NCBI GenBank assembly: GCA_963702845.1 | Contig: OY969763.1 | Coordinates: forward strand, 2,656,001-2,720,000 | Direction of reading: 5' to 3' | From: an uncultured Verrucomicrobiae bacterium | Lineage (GTDB): Bacteria; Verrucomicrobiota; Verrucomicrobiia; Limisphaerales; Palsa-1400 | Length of the DNA: 64,000 nucleotides | Shown: positions 39,316-48,518 of the stretch, piece by piece | How the letters are laid out: every line of letters starts with the position of its first letter | Position numbering within the stretch: position 1 is the first letter of the stretch | The notes under the pieces: model-generated | What the model was told of the DNA's origin: nothing | What the model saw: only the letters and a program-made list of their open reading frames with translations | Databases searched by the model: none | Position numbers and translations under genes: made by a program

Positions 39316-40596
39316 ATGTTGATTGAAGCCGTTGATGCCGACTACGCTAGCGACGCCAATATGCCCGAGTTAACTGCCGCTAATAATCCCCCGAAAGACT
39401 ATTCGTGGGCTGAATACCTCGATTTCATGGAGGGAGGAGCCGACATCCTCACCGTTCCTCCACACGCCACAGAACCGAAAACCAAAGCGGCGCAAGCAGC
39501 CGCTTCCCCCGCAAAGACTCCGATCTACGGTTTCCTGCTCGCATTCGGAATCATGATCGCGGCCATTTTCTTGAGCGAACTTCCGTTTAAGCCGTTCACG
39601 TTGAAGGACGCGAGCGGTAAAGCTTCGCACCCGATCGAACCGGTGATGATGGCGCTGATTTTGGGAATGGTCGTGAGCAATCTCGTAGCGTTGCCGAAAT
39701 CGCTAAACTCCGGGATTAAATTTTGCGTCAAAAAACTTCTACCGCTCGGCATCATTTTTCTTGGTGCACGTCTGAACTTCAACGAAATGGTTAAAGAAGG
39801 CGTTATGGGCGCGGGCATGGCCCTTTTGGAAACAGCCGTTGCGTTCATGTTGCTGTTGTGGCTCTCAAAGCTGTTCAAGCTCCCACGCAAACTCGGCCTC
39901 CTGCTCGGAGTCGGCACCGCCATTTGCGGAGGCACCGCGATTGTCGCGACGGCGCCGGTCTTGGAAGCTGAAGAAAAAGACGTGGTGTTCAGCGTCGCAA
40001 CAGTCACCTTGCTCGGTTTGATCGCAATGTTTGTGTTGCCGGTGCTCGCGCACTCGCTGCACATGAGCGATAAAGCCTTCGGCTACTGGGCCGGCTTGTC
40101 CATTCATCAAACGCCTCAAGTGATTGCCGCCGGGTTCAGCTACAGCCCTGAAGCCGGTGGAACGGCGACCACGGTCAAATTGGCGCGAGTGTGCCTTCTC
40201 GCCCCGGTGGTGTTTATCGTTGGATTACTCCACGCGCGCGGCGAAGCCCGGGAAAACGGCCTCGCTTCCAAAAAGAAGATCAACTACCTCCAGATGTTTC
40301 CGACGTTTGTGTTCGGATTCCTCGCCTTTGCGCTCGCACGCACATTGGGATGGTTACCAACATTGCACTTTGATGCCCCCAGCTTCTTCAGCAAACCAGC
40401 CCAGGACCCAACCCTCGCGGATTGGTTAGTGAAGTTTTCTTCGTGGTGCATCGTCATCAGCATGGCTGGCGTGGGCTTGGAAACACGTTTCAACGCGATG
40501 AAGCAAACCGGCGCGAAGCCTTTCATTGCTGCGCTTATCGGCGTGCTGGTGGTCGCAACGATGGTTTTCGTTCTGATCCGGACGCTGGCGATTTAA
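39316..40596 (+). CDS. YeiH family putative sulfate exporter
   Basis: 'GVGTAICGGTAIVA', 'WAGLSIHQTPQV', 'TTVKLARV', 'MAGVGLET'. Confidence 0.9.
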   Translation: MLIEAVDADYASDANMPELTAANNPPKDYSWAEYLDFMEGGADILTVPPHATEPKTKAAQAAASPAKTPIYGFLLAFGIMIAAIFLSELPFKPFTLKDASGKASHPIEPVMMALILGMVVSNLVALPKSLNSGIKFCVKKLLPLGIIFLGARLNFNEMVKEGVMGAGMALLETAVAFMLLLWLSKLFKLPRKLGLLLGVGTAICGGTAIVATAPVLEAEEKDVVFSVATVTLLGLIAMFVLPVLAHSLHMSDKAFGYWAGLSIHQTPQVIAAGFSYSPEAGGTATTVKLARVCLLAPVVFIVGLLHARGEARENGLASKKKINYLQMFPTFVFGFLAFALARTLGWLPTLHFDAPSFFSKPAQDPTLADWLVKFSSWCIVISMAGVGLETRFNAMKQTGAKPFIAALIGVLVVATMVFVLIRTLAI

Positions 40597-40606
40597 GCTG
40601 CTGTTG

Positions 40607-41200
40607 CTATTTCGCCTTCTGCGCCAAAACCCACTTCGCGAGCGCGTTCACCTGCTCATCCGACATGATCTTGTAGCCCGGCATTGGAACAGAGCCCCAT
40701 TTGCCGGAACCGCCATTGACGATCTGCTGACGGACACGATCCATCGCATCCGGATCGCTGGCGTATTTCGCCGCGACATCCTGATAAGCCGGGCCGATAA
40801 CTTTCTTATCGACGTTATGGCAGTTAAAGCAACCCATCTTTGTCGCGAGCGTTTGCGGATCGAGAATCGTCGAGTCGAACGCCATTGTCGGCGCGTCCGT
40901 CGTGTCGGTACCGTAGTTCTTTGCGAAGTAGGCACTCAGCGAATTGGTCGCGTCATCAGGAATCGGCGCGCCGTACTTCCCTTTCATTTTCGCGACTTCG
41001 GCCTTCCAGAAGTCGAGCGGCTTCGGCGGTTGCATTGCGGCGTAGTCAGCGGAATGACACGTGAGACACTGCGCGTTGGCAACCTCAACACCGGGCGCGG
41101 TTTTGTATACGGCAGTCTCGACCGGCAATTCGATTTTCACGACTTCAGCAGTCGCAACAAACCCAATCGCCAGAATTGAAGGAATTAAAATCTTTTTCAT
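40607..41200 (-). CDS. sorB: SorB-like cytochrome c fused to a second c551-like heme domain
   Basis: 'CLTCHSADY..MQP...WKAEVAKMKGKYGAPI' (SorB-like) plus 'GCFNCHNVDKKVIGPAYQDVA...GKWGSVPMP' (c551-like). Confidence 0.8.
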   Translation of the reverse strand: MKKILIPSILAIGFVATAEVVKIELPVETAVYKTAPGVEVANAQCLTCHSADYAAMQPPKPLDFWKAEVAKMKGKYGAPIPDDATNSLSAYFAKNYGTDTTDAPTMAFDSTILDPQTLATKMGCFNCHNVDKKVIGPAYQDVAAKYASDPDAMDRVRQQIVNGGSGKWGSVPMPGYKIMSDEQVNALAKWVLAQKAK

Positions 41201-41219
41201 CTCGGTAATCGGTTGAAAG

Positions 41220-42436
41220 TTAAACAGCTTTGACGCGAGTGGTTTCGACGACGTTGCGCATGTAACCAGATGGATTCCATAACGGGTCGTCCGGTTGCGA
41301 TTGGCCGATCTTATTAATCGCGCGCACTTTCAATGTGTAATCGCCGGGTTTCGAAGGCGTCCATTGCGCGCGCCATTCGCGAAATGAATATTTGCCCGAT
41401 CATCCCCCAGATTAGCCGAACGCCATTCGCCGTTGTTGCTACTGATTAAAACATCGCTAACGCCATATCCGCCATCGAATGCGATGCCTTTCAGTTCGAT
41501 CGGTTGGCCGGCTTTGACCTCGGTGCCATCTTCGACGCTCGTGATGAACGAACGCACATCATAACGTTTAATTGGCGTTGTCGACTTCGGAGTCGCACCG
41601 GGTTCAACGCATGCGCCTTCGTTATCCGGGATGCGATAGGCAGGGTTCATCCAGAAATTATTCAGAACGTCGTCGATGACAGTGATGTCATTGACGTGCT
41701 TCACCCAATATGTGCCGTAGTAACCCGGAACGATCAGGCGCAACGGAAACCCATTCAACACTGGCAACGGTTCACCGTTCATTTCGTAGGCGAGCATGAC
41801 TTCGCCATCGATTGCATGATCAATATCCAGCGCTTTGACGAAGTCCGGAGTTTTCTCGACGACCGGTTTGTCCAGACCGTTAAACGTGATTTGCTTCGCG
41901 GTCGCTTTCAGGCCTGCCTTGTCGAGAATCGCTTTGAGCGGCACGCCGCGCCACTTGGCATTGCCCATCGCGCCATTGGCTGTCTGGCCGCCACCAACGC
42001 GCGGCGTCACAAAACCACGGCTGTTTCCGGAACATTGCAAAACGGCAACGACTTCTTTGGCCTCGAACTTCTTAAGATCATCGAGCGAAAGCGAGAGAGG
42101 GTTGTTGACCGACCCTTTGATGTCGACGCGAAACCTGGCAGTATCAATCGAGGTCGGCACACCAGCGAGATGGTAGCGAACGAAGAAAGCGTCGTTCGGC
42201 GTAATCACGCCTTCATTGAAAACCGAGAATGGAGTTTCCAGTTGCGGCGGGCGCGTGGTCAACCGGATGAGCGGACGCTTTTGCGGATACTTAACCAACT
42301 GACGTTCGCCATTGGCGAAAGGGAGCTTGATCGATTCAGCGAGCAACGGCGCGGCGGTCAGGCTGGCGGCGGCAATGGCGGCATTTCGCAGAAATGTGCG
42401 TCGGCTAACAGCAGAAGAGTCGGGCGAATTTGGCAT
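41220..42436 (-). CDS. sorA: SorA-like sulfite:cytochrome c oxidoreductase Mo subunit; 1-nt deletion near 41397
   Basis: Tat signal SRRTFLR; 'FFVRYH', 'QCSGN', 'NGFPLRLIVPGYYGTYWVK'; shifted frame continues 'GKYSFREW...WNPSGYMRNVVETTRVKAV*' to 41220. Confidence 0.85.
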
Positions 42437-42514
42437 GCGAAATCAAAATAACTAAAAAGTTTTGCTTGATGCAACGGAATCTTGTGAAAATTAAAGAATT
42501 ACGATCATTCGACT

Positions 42515-44698
42515 TTAAACCAGTCCCGACCATTTCCGACCAATCCAGTAGATCGTCAGCATCCCCAGCAATACCCCGCCCCACCACGGTTCGCTCCAGA
42601 TGCGGATGCGGTTTTCTTTTGGCTTGGGTTCCGGCAATAACGAAATCTGTTGGATGACTTTGTCGAAGTCATCGATCGAGTAACTCGCGCCATGCGTGAT
42701 AGAGGCGATTTCGGCGAGGAGTTGGCCGTTCACAGGTTCGCCGAGTTTTTCCAGGTTTGGACGTGCGACGAGGAGTTCGGTTTGAAGATGGCGCGAGTTT
42801 GGATCAGACGAGATTTCGATTTGGTATTTGCCCGATTCTTGCGGAACGAAACTGGATTTGAACACACCCCAACCGCCTTCAAGTTGAGTGAAGTCGAGAC
42901 GCTCGGCGCGGCCGTTAGGTGAAATGATTTTGCCGGTGACCGGCCCGTGTTCGATTGGGAAACCGGATGGGTCCATGACGGTGGCTTGCAGGAAAACGGT
43001 GTCGGCGGCTTGCGGCGTTTCGGGACTGTAGCTCAAACGAATGCCTTCTTTCTCCGACAAGTGCCGTTGATGCGCCATCCAACGGACGACCTGTCCCCAG
43101 AAACGATAGTGGAATTTATCTTCAACACCACGCCGCCAACGCCATGCGGCGTCGGTGCCGAGGAAGAGGACTTTGCCAGAACCTGCGCTACGAGTGACGA
43201 GCAGAGGGAGTCGGCCCCAGTTGTTGCGCATGGCGGAATGGACGGCGAGGACTTCAGAACCCGGCCGGCTTTTTTCGACAGCAGCGGACCAGAAGAAACC
43301 GGGCAGTTGTTTCCAAAGTTCGTCATTGCGGTTTTCGTCGGAGTCAAAGCGCGTGAGCCAATGACGTTTTCCTTCGCTGGTCAGGAGCAGGCTTGATTCG
43401 TTCTGCAGGCCGATGCCTTGCGGCTTGGACGCGTCGAGGACGACCGGCATCAGATCTTTGAGCGCGCTATTGGCCAAAGTTTGTTCGCGGCCGCGGCGAC
43501 CGGGAACAAACACCAGACCGCTGGATTGTTGTTCGACGAGGCCTTTGATCAGTTCGGCGTTTTGTTCGGTCAACTCACCCTGCCCCATTCCAACGTCGCC
43601 GAGAAAAATAACGTCGTAAGAGGAGATGGCTTCTTTGGTATTCGGAAATGAGGTGATGTAGTGCAGTCCGTCGCCGGGGCCGATGTCGGGATGGAACAGC
43701 AAACAATTCATATCCACGCCGGGATCGCGCGCGAGTGCGTTGCGCAGATATCGGTATTCCCAACGCGGCACGGAATCGACGACGAGCACTTTCAGTTTCT
43801 CAACGCGAATGGAGATGTGGAACGAACGCTCGTTATTTTCAGCGATCGCTTCGTCGGGCTGCACCGGAAGTTTCACTGTGGCGACAACTTCACCGACGGA
43901 CCGCGGCGCCCAGAGAATGGCTTCTTCCAGTTCACCCTTTGCCGGAATGGTGATGTCTTTCTTCGTTTCTTCACCGAACTGGTCGACGAGTGAAACGGAC
44001 GTTTTCACTTCGCGCGGCAGATGGCTGGTGATTTTGAATGGAATGGCGATTTCCTCGCCAAGCAATCCATAAGCGGGCGCAGAAACGCTGTCGAGCACGA
44101 GGTCAGCAACGGCTGCATCGCGTCCGACGCTTACGGTGAAAATTGGAATATTTTGTTCGCGATAGCGCGTGGCGGCGCCGAGCGGCGGCTTGCCGTAATT
44201 GGAATCACCGTCCGTCAGCAACAGAGCGGCTTTGAGATTCGGGTGACGGGTCAACGCGGTTTCCAATGCGTCGCCAATATCGGTTCCATTGACGGCGGTA
44301 GTGTTGGTTGATGGCGCGGAGAATTCTTCGACGCCAACCTTGGCGGTTTTCTCCAACGGTTTCCAGAACTGGCGCGCACGTTGTTGTTGTAGCCAATCGG
44401 CGCGGCTTTCGACTTTATTGGTCGCGAAGATGTCGCGCGTTTTCATGCTGTCGGACGAATCGATCAACACCGCGACTTCCGGAGCGTCTTTGCGCTCGAT
44501 GTGTTTGATGTATTCAGGACGCAACAGTGTGAACACGAGAAGTGTGATCAACAGCAGTCGAAGCGCTTCGAGTTTTCCGGAGACGCTTGGGTTTGGGCTG
44601 CGACGCCAGTTTGTGTAACAAAGCCACGCCGAACCGAGCCAGATGGCGAGGCCGATGAGCAGGACCGAAACTGGCGCGGCGATTGAGAGGTTGTTCAT
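42515..44698 (-). CDS. vWA-domain / glutamine-amidotransferase-like membrane protein
   Basis: MIDAS 'DSSDSM', 'LLTDG', 'PRWEYRYLRNALARD', 'WRWRR'; N- and C-terminal TM segments. Confidence 0.85.
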   Translation of the reverse strand: MNNLSIAAPVSVLLIGLAIWLGSAWLCYTNWRRSPNPSVSGKLEALRLLLITLLVFTLLRPEYIKHIERKDAPEVAVLIDSSDSMKTRDIFATNKVESRADWLQQQRARQFWKPLEKTAKVGVEEFSAPSTNTTAVNGTDIGDALETALTRHPNLKAALLLTDGDSNYGKPPLGAATRYREQNIPIFTVSVGRDAAVADLVLDSVSAPAYGLLGEEIAIPFKITSHLPREVKTSVSLVDQFGEETKKDITIPAKGELEEAILWAPRSVGEVVATVKLPVQPDEAIAENNERSFHISIRVEKLKVLVVDSVPRWEYRYLRNALARDPGVDMNCLLFHPDIGPGDGLHYITSFPNTKEAISSYDVIFLGDVGMGQGELTEQNAELIKGLVEQQSSGLVFVPGRRGREQTLANSALKDLMPVVLDASKPQGIGLQNESSLLLTSEGKRHWLTRFDSDENRNDELWKQLPGFFWSAAVEKSRPGSEVLAVHSAMRNNWGRLPLLVTRSAGSGKVLFLGTDAAWRWRRGVEDKFHYRFWGQVVRWMAHQRHLSEKEGIRLSYSPETPQAADTVFLQATVMDPSGFPIEHGPVTGKIISPNGRAERLDFTQLEGGWGVFKSSFVPQESGKYQIEISSDPNSRHLQTELLVARPNLEKLGEPVNGQLLAEIASITHGASYSIDDFDKVIQQISLLPEPKPKENRIRIWSEPWWGGVLLGMLTIYWIGRKWSGLV

Positions 44699-46712
44699 GC
44701 GACCTCCTCGAGTTTTCGCTCGCGCGAAGACGGCGCGCGCGGAGTCCGCTCGGAGCGGGACGTCCTACCTTGCGTGCGGGTAAAATCAAAATGCCTTCGC
44801 CAATCAGGAACAGGAGCATGATGACGAGGAAGACGCGCCAGATTTCGCCTTGAAGTTTGCTCAAGGGACTGCGGCGGTCTTGCATTGTTTGGAACGGCAG
44901 ATCGCCGAAGAGTTTGTGTGCTTGCTCGGTGTCGAGCACTTCGGGTTCATCTTCCGAAGCAGGACGGTTCACAGCGAGGAATCGATCACCAGCACGGTAA
45001 ACCCCAGCCTGCGTGAAAATATCTTTGTGCTGCGTCGAATCGACGTTGTCCCACTTCTTGCCCTGGTCGCTCGCGCTGAGTTCACCACAAGAGATGATCG
45101 AGGCTTGTTGCAGATGGCGCGAACCGGTCTGCACGAGGCGTTGCAACATCGGGACGAGGACGGGTCCGTCAGCGAGACTGGACCAATTGTAATTTGGCAA
45201 CGTGGCGCAAAAGTAAACTTCACCTTTGCCGAGGCTTTGGCGGACGAGGAAGGCGGCACCGTCTTCGAATGCGGCAACGGCATTTTTCTGACCTGTGATG
45301 AGTTGGCGTTTTTGGACAGCGGTTTGACCGAGAGGCAGGCTCGCACGTTCGTCCGTTTTGGCGAGCGGGCCTTGATCTTCGTCCCAGTGGGCGATGCGGA
45401 AATTCTTGTCGGCTTCGGCGGACTCAACTGTCCCCCACCCCAGGCCGTTGAATTGTTGTGAATCAGGTTGGCCAGGCGGCAAGAAGACAACGACTCCGCC
45501 ATCTTGAACGAACGTGCGCAATGTGTCGGCGGTCGGGCCGGTTGGAAGCGGTTGTTGCCAGACCAGCAGAGAATCTTTGGACAGATCGAGTGAAGCAAGA
45601 TTATCGGCGGTGAGCGCTTGTGCGGGCTTGCCGTTTTGACTAGCGGCGAACGGCAGGACACGAGCGGCTTCTTCATCGCTGGCGATCACAGCAGCGCGCG
45701 CGACGATTTCGGGGCCATAGACAAAATAGGCGGTGTTGTTGCGCGGGTTGGCATCAGCGGGAATTTCGAAGCTGCCCCAACCGCCGTTGGTGCGATTGCC
45801 GAGATCGATGCGATGACGCCATCGCAACGATTGGCCTTCGATGGCGATCTCGGATTGGGAGCGTGCGCCGTCCAAGGTGATGGAAACCGGGAGAGTCTGC
45901 TTTGAACCCGCTTGCTCACGCGCGCGGCTCTGTTGGAGGTCGAGGACGAACTGGAGTTCGGATTTGTCACCGCGTTGGCGTCGGGTGACTTCGTTTAAAG
46001 CAATGGCGGTGTCGTTGCCAGGCGCTTCGGCGACGCTCAGCAATCGGATCCGCACTTTCTGCGAGAGCGAAGTCAATTGAGAGACGACGTTTTTCCAGCG
46101 AGCATCGTCCGGATGCCAATCGGTTTTTTGGAGATCGGAGGCGATCCAGATTTCAGCGGTGCCGGCGCGGTTTTCGATCAACCAATTAAACGCGGATCGC
46201 AACATGGCCGGAATGTCGGCGGCAGTGTCGGTCGGTTGGGTCAGGGACAGGTCGGTTAAATTTGCGGCTTTGGCGATTTCCTGGGCGTTGCGCGTGGCGC
46301 TGTCGATCAGGACCAAATGGCTGGTGTCCTGGTATTGTTTGGCGGCGTCGGCGAGGAGTTTGAGTGCTTGTTCGCGTTTGGTCGCGCCGTTGGCTTTGCC
46401 CTCCATGCTGGCGCTGCGATCGAGCAGGATGACGATGGCATCAGGCGCGGGTGACAATGCCCAACCGAGCCAGCCGCCGGCTAATGGGCGCGCGATGAAG
46501 AAGATGAGCATCGCGACGGCCAGGACGCGAAAGAGCAAAATCAAAAATTGTTTGAGCTTGGTGTTGCTGACTGAGCTGCGCGTTGCGGCGATCAAAAAGC
46601 GCATGGCAGCCCAATACTGCGGGCGGTGGCGCATGCGATTCAGGAAATGAATCAGCACGGGCAACAGGATGAGCGGCAAGCCCCAGAGGATGAAGGGTTG
46701 GAGGAAAGTCAT
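44514..46712 (-). CDS. BatA-domain / vWA protein (true stop probably at 44695)
   Basis: 'MTFLQP..LWGLPLILLPVLIHFLNR...WAAMRFL', 'DRSASM'; an alternative frame ends RKLEEVA* overlapping the next ATG. Confidence 0.85.
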   Translation of the reverse strand: MTFLQPFILWGLPLILLPVLIHFLNRMRHRPQYWAAMRFLIAATRSSVSNTKLKQFLILLFRVLAVAMLIFFIARPLAGGWLGWALSPAPDAIVILLDRSASMEGKANGATKREQALKLLADAAKQYQDTSHLVLIDSATRNAQEIAKAANLTDLSLTQPTDTAADIPAMLRSAFNWLIENRAGTAEIWIASDLQKTDWHPDDARWKNVVSQLTSLSQKVRIRLLSVAEAPGNDTAIALNEVTRRQRGDKSELQFVLDLQQSRAREQAGSKQTLPVSITLDGARSQSEIAIEGQSLRWRHRIDLGNRTNGGWGSFEIPADANPRNNTAYFVYGPEIVARAAVIASDEEAARVLPFAASQNGKPAQALTADNLASLDLSKDSLLVWQQPLPTGPTADTLRTFVQDGGVVVFLPPGQPDSQQFNGLGWGTVESAEADKNFRIAHWDEDQGPLAKTDERASLPLGQTAVQKRQLITGQKNAVAAFEDGAAFLVRQSLGKGEVYFCATLPNYNWSSLADGPVLVPMLQRLVQTGSRHLQQASIISCGELSASDQGKKWDNVDSTQHKDIFTQAGVYRAGDRFLAVNRPASEDEPEVLDTEQAHKLFGDLPFQTMQDRRSPLSKLQGEIWRVFLVIMLLFLIGEGILILPARKVGRPAPSGLRARRLRASENSRRSHEQPLNRRASFGPAHRPRHLARFGVALLHKLASQPKPKRLRKTRSASTAVDHTSRVHTVAS

Positions 46713-46713
46713 T

Positions 46714-46788
46714 TAAACCTCCAAACTCCAACCCGAACGTCGGGCTTGCGAACCAAACTCCAAAGAAGCTCCAAACACCAAGCTCCAA
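46714..46788. repeat. 7-nt-period array (AACTCCA-like) upstream of the BatA gene
   Basis: acctcca-aactcca ... aactcca-aag-aagctcca-aacacca-agctcca. Confidence 0.65.
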
Positions 46789-46870
46789 TTAAATGTGACA
46801 CAATCGCGGACATCGCAAACTTCACCAGCTTAACGCACGAACCGTCTGAGAACACATGCAAAATTTTAAT

Positions 46871-47260
46871 TTGAGTGCCGTTTGGTGCCGATTGCTGCCG
46901 TTTACTACCGTTTGCTGCCGGATTGATGGGTTGAGCTTTTTTAATATTGGTGCGGATAGGTGCAATACTTTTTTATTTTGGTTTGAATTCCTTTGAATTG
47001 CTTTGAAATGGTTTGAAAACCACCAGGCGTCGAACATACCCCCGCCTACCTCCTCTGGAGCCATCACGCCGTCCCAAGGGCTGTCGTTATTGATGTTTTT
47101 TGGGTTTTGACCCGCCACGTGGGACGGCCCGCCGCCGTCACGGCGGAAATCCGACGCCCCAATTTCGAAATTCGAAACAGAGCAGAGGAAAAAACAGGGG
47201 AAAAATAATTCTTTTTTTAAACCGGTATTAGCCGGTGCAAGTCGATACCAACCGGTACCC
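46871..47260. repeat. Three 10-nt-period arrays in a long intergenic region
   Basis: TTTGCTGCCG-like x5 (46871-920), CTTTGAATTG-like x4 (46981-47020), ACCGGTACCA-like x4 (47221-260). Confidence 0.8.
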
Positions 47261-47418
47261 GAATGTCGGGCTCGCATCACCTCGGAGAGCAAAATCGCTA
47301 CTTTCGTTGCTTTTGCAGCAACGAAGGCGATTTGCGTTCGCGATGGCGTTCCGGACATTTGCACTGGTTACCTTTCTGTTCATTTCTTTGACCGACACAC
47401 ACGTGTCGACCGAGTAGG

Positions 47419-47447
47419 ATTGTGGAGTGAAGTTGCTTTCCCGTCAA
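47419..47447 (-). promoter_or_regulatory. Putative sigma70 promoter firing into the decamer-array region
   Basis: Minus strand TTGACG-17 nt-CACAAT, followed by a small hairpin. Confidence 0.55.
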
Positions 47448-47603
47448 GGTGTGAATAACAACGGATTTCGCGGATAACCCCCGGATGAAAAAAAGAACAA
47501 AAGGCAACGAAGTTAACAAAGAAGATAAAAGCAAAGAGACACGGACTTCACCATTTTCACGTTATTGAAAAAATTATTTGCATTCGTTTTGGTTCGTTCT
47601 ATC

Positions 47604-47621
47604 TTCAACCATATGGTTGAA
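47604..47621. promoter_or_regulatory. Perfect 18-bp palindrome over the ArsR start codon (autoregulatory operator candidate)
   Basis: TTCAACCATATGGTTGAA. Confidence 0.8.
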
Positions 47622-47969
47622 TATAAATCCAGGGTGTTGGATCGAACCTTTGGGGCATTGGCGGATCCGACGCGACGCCGCATCCTGGCGCAGTTAATGA
47701 ACGGTGACAGGTGCGTCACGGACCTGGCGCGACCGCATGCGATGTCGTTGGCGGCGGTTTCGAAGCATTTGATTGTTTTGGAGAAGGCGGGATTGGTGAA
47801 GCGGCATCGCAAGGGACGGGTGCATTCGTTGGAACTGGAAGCGAAACCGATGCAAGAGGCGCAAGCCTGGCTCGACCGGTATCGCAAGTTCTGGGAGAGC
47901 AACTTGGATCAGTTCGAGAAATATTTGGACACACTACAAAAGAAAGAAAACAAACATGACAAACTTTGA
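47613..47969 (+). CDS. ArsR/SmtB family regulator
   Basis: 'LDRTFGALADPTRRRIL...AVSKHLIVLEKAGLV'; ATG at 47613. Confidence 0.92.
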   Translation: MVEYKSRVLDRTFGALADPTRRRILAQLMNGDRCVTDLARPHAMSLAAVSKHLIVLEKAGLVKRHRKGRVHSLELEAKPMQEAQAWLDRYRKFWESNLDQFEKYLDTLQKKENKHDKL

Positions 47970-48438
47970 CGTGCAGAAGCCGGATAATGCGACATTAGTC
48001 CTGAGACGGTTGTTGAACGCGACTCCGGAGCGGGCGTTTGAGGCGTGGATATCGCCGGAACATATTCAGCAGTGGATGCGCCCGCACGGGGAGACGACGG
48101 TTACGGTGGCGAAGGTGGATTTGCGAGTGGGTGGGAAATTTCGCATCCAGACGAGGAAAGTCGACGGGGAATATTTTACAGCAGTCGGCGAATTCAAAGA
48201 GGTGAAGCCACCGGAGCGACTGGTTTATACGTGGGATTGGGAAAAGGACGGGAGCGGCACGGAGTTTGGCGAGGTTGAAGGCAAGACCTCGCAGTTAACG
48301 GTGGAGTTCTTGAGGCGGGGCACCAAGACGGAATTCATTTTGACGCACACCCGATTCGCCACGGTGGAGAGCCGAGACAATCACGCGAGCGGATGGAGCC
48401 AGTTGACGGAGAGTTTTGCGAAGTTGGTGGAGGGGTGA
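47956..48438 (+). CDS. SRPBCC/AHSA1 domain protein
   Basis: 'VDLRVGGKFRI', 'PPERLVYTW', 'HASGW'; typical partner of ArsR. Confidence 0.9.
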   Translation: MTNFDVQKPDNATLVLRRLLNATPERAFEAWISPEHIQQWMRPHGETTVTVAKVDLRVGGKFRIQTRKVDGEYFTAVGEFKEVKPPERLVYTWDWEKDGSGTEFGEVEGKTSQLTVEFLRRGTKTEFILTHTRFATVESRDNHASGWSQLTESFAKLVEG

Positions 48439-48518
48439 CCGCAACTGCATTGCTCGACATTAATCAGGGTTCAGTATTCAGCGTGCAGCCCGCACTGGTT
48501 TAGGCACAATCGGGTCAC

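Noticed and set aside
8846..42436. Programmed frameshifting or Sec readthrough as the cause of the split RCC1, porin and sorA genes
   Set aside because: These are frame changes rather than in-frame UGA, and no slippery heptamer is evident at the junctions.
46822..47364. 180-aa minus-strand ORF in the decamer region
   Set aside because: Atypical composition, runs through repeats and homopolymer tracts, and has no motifs.
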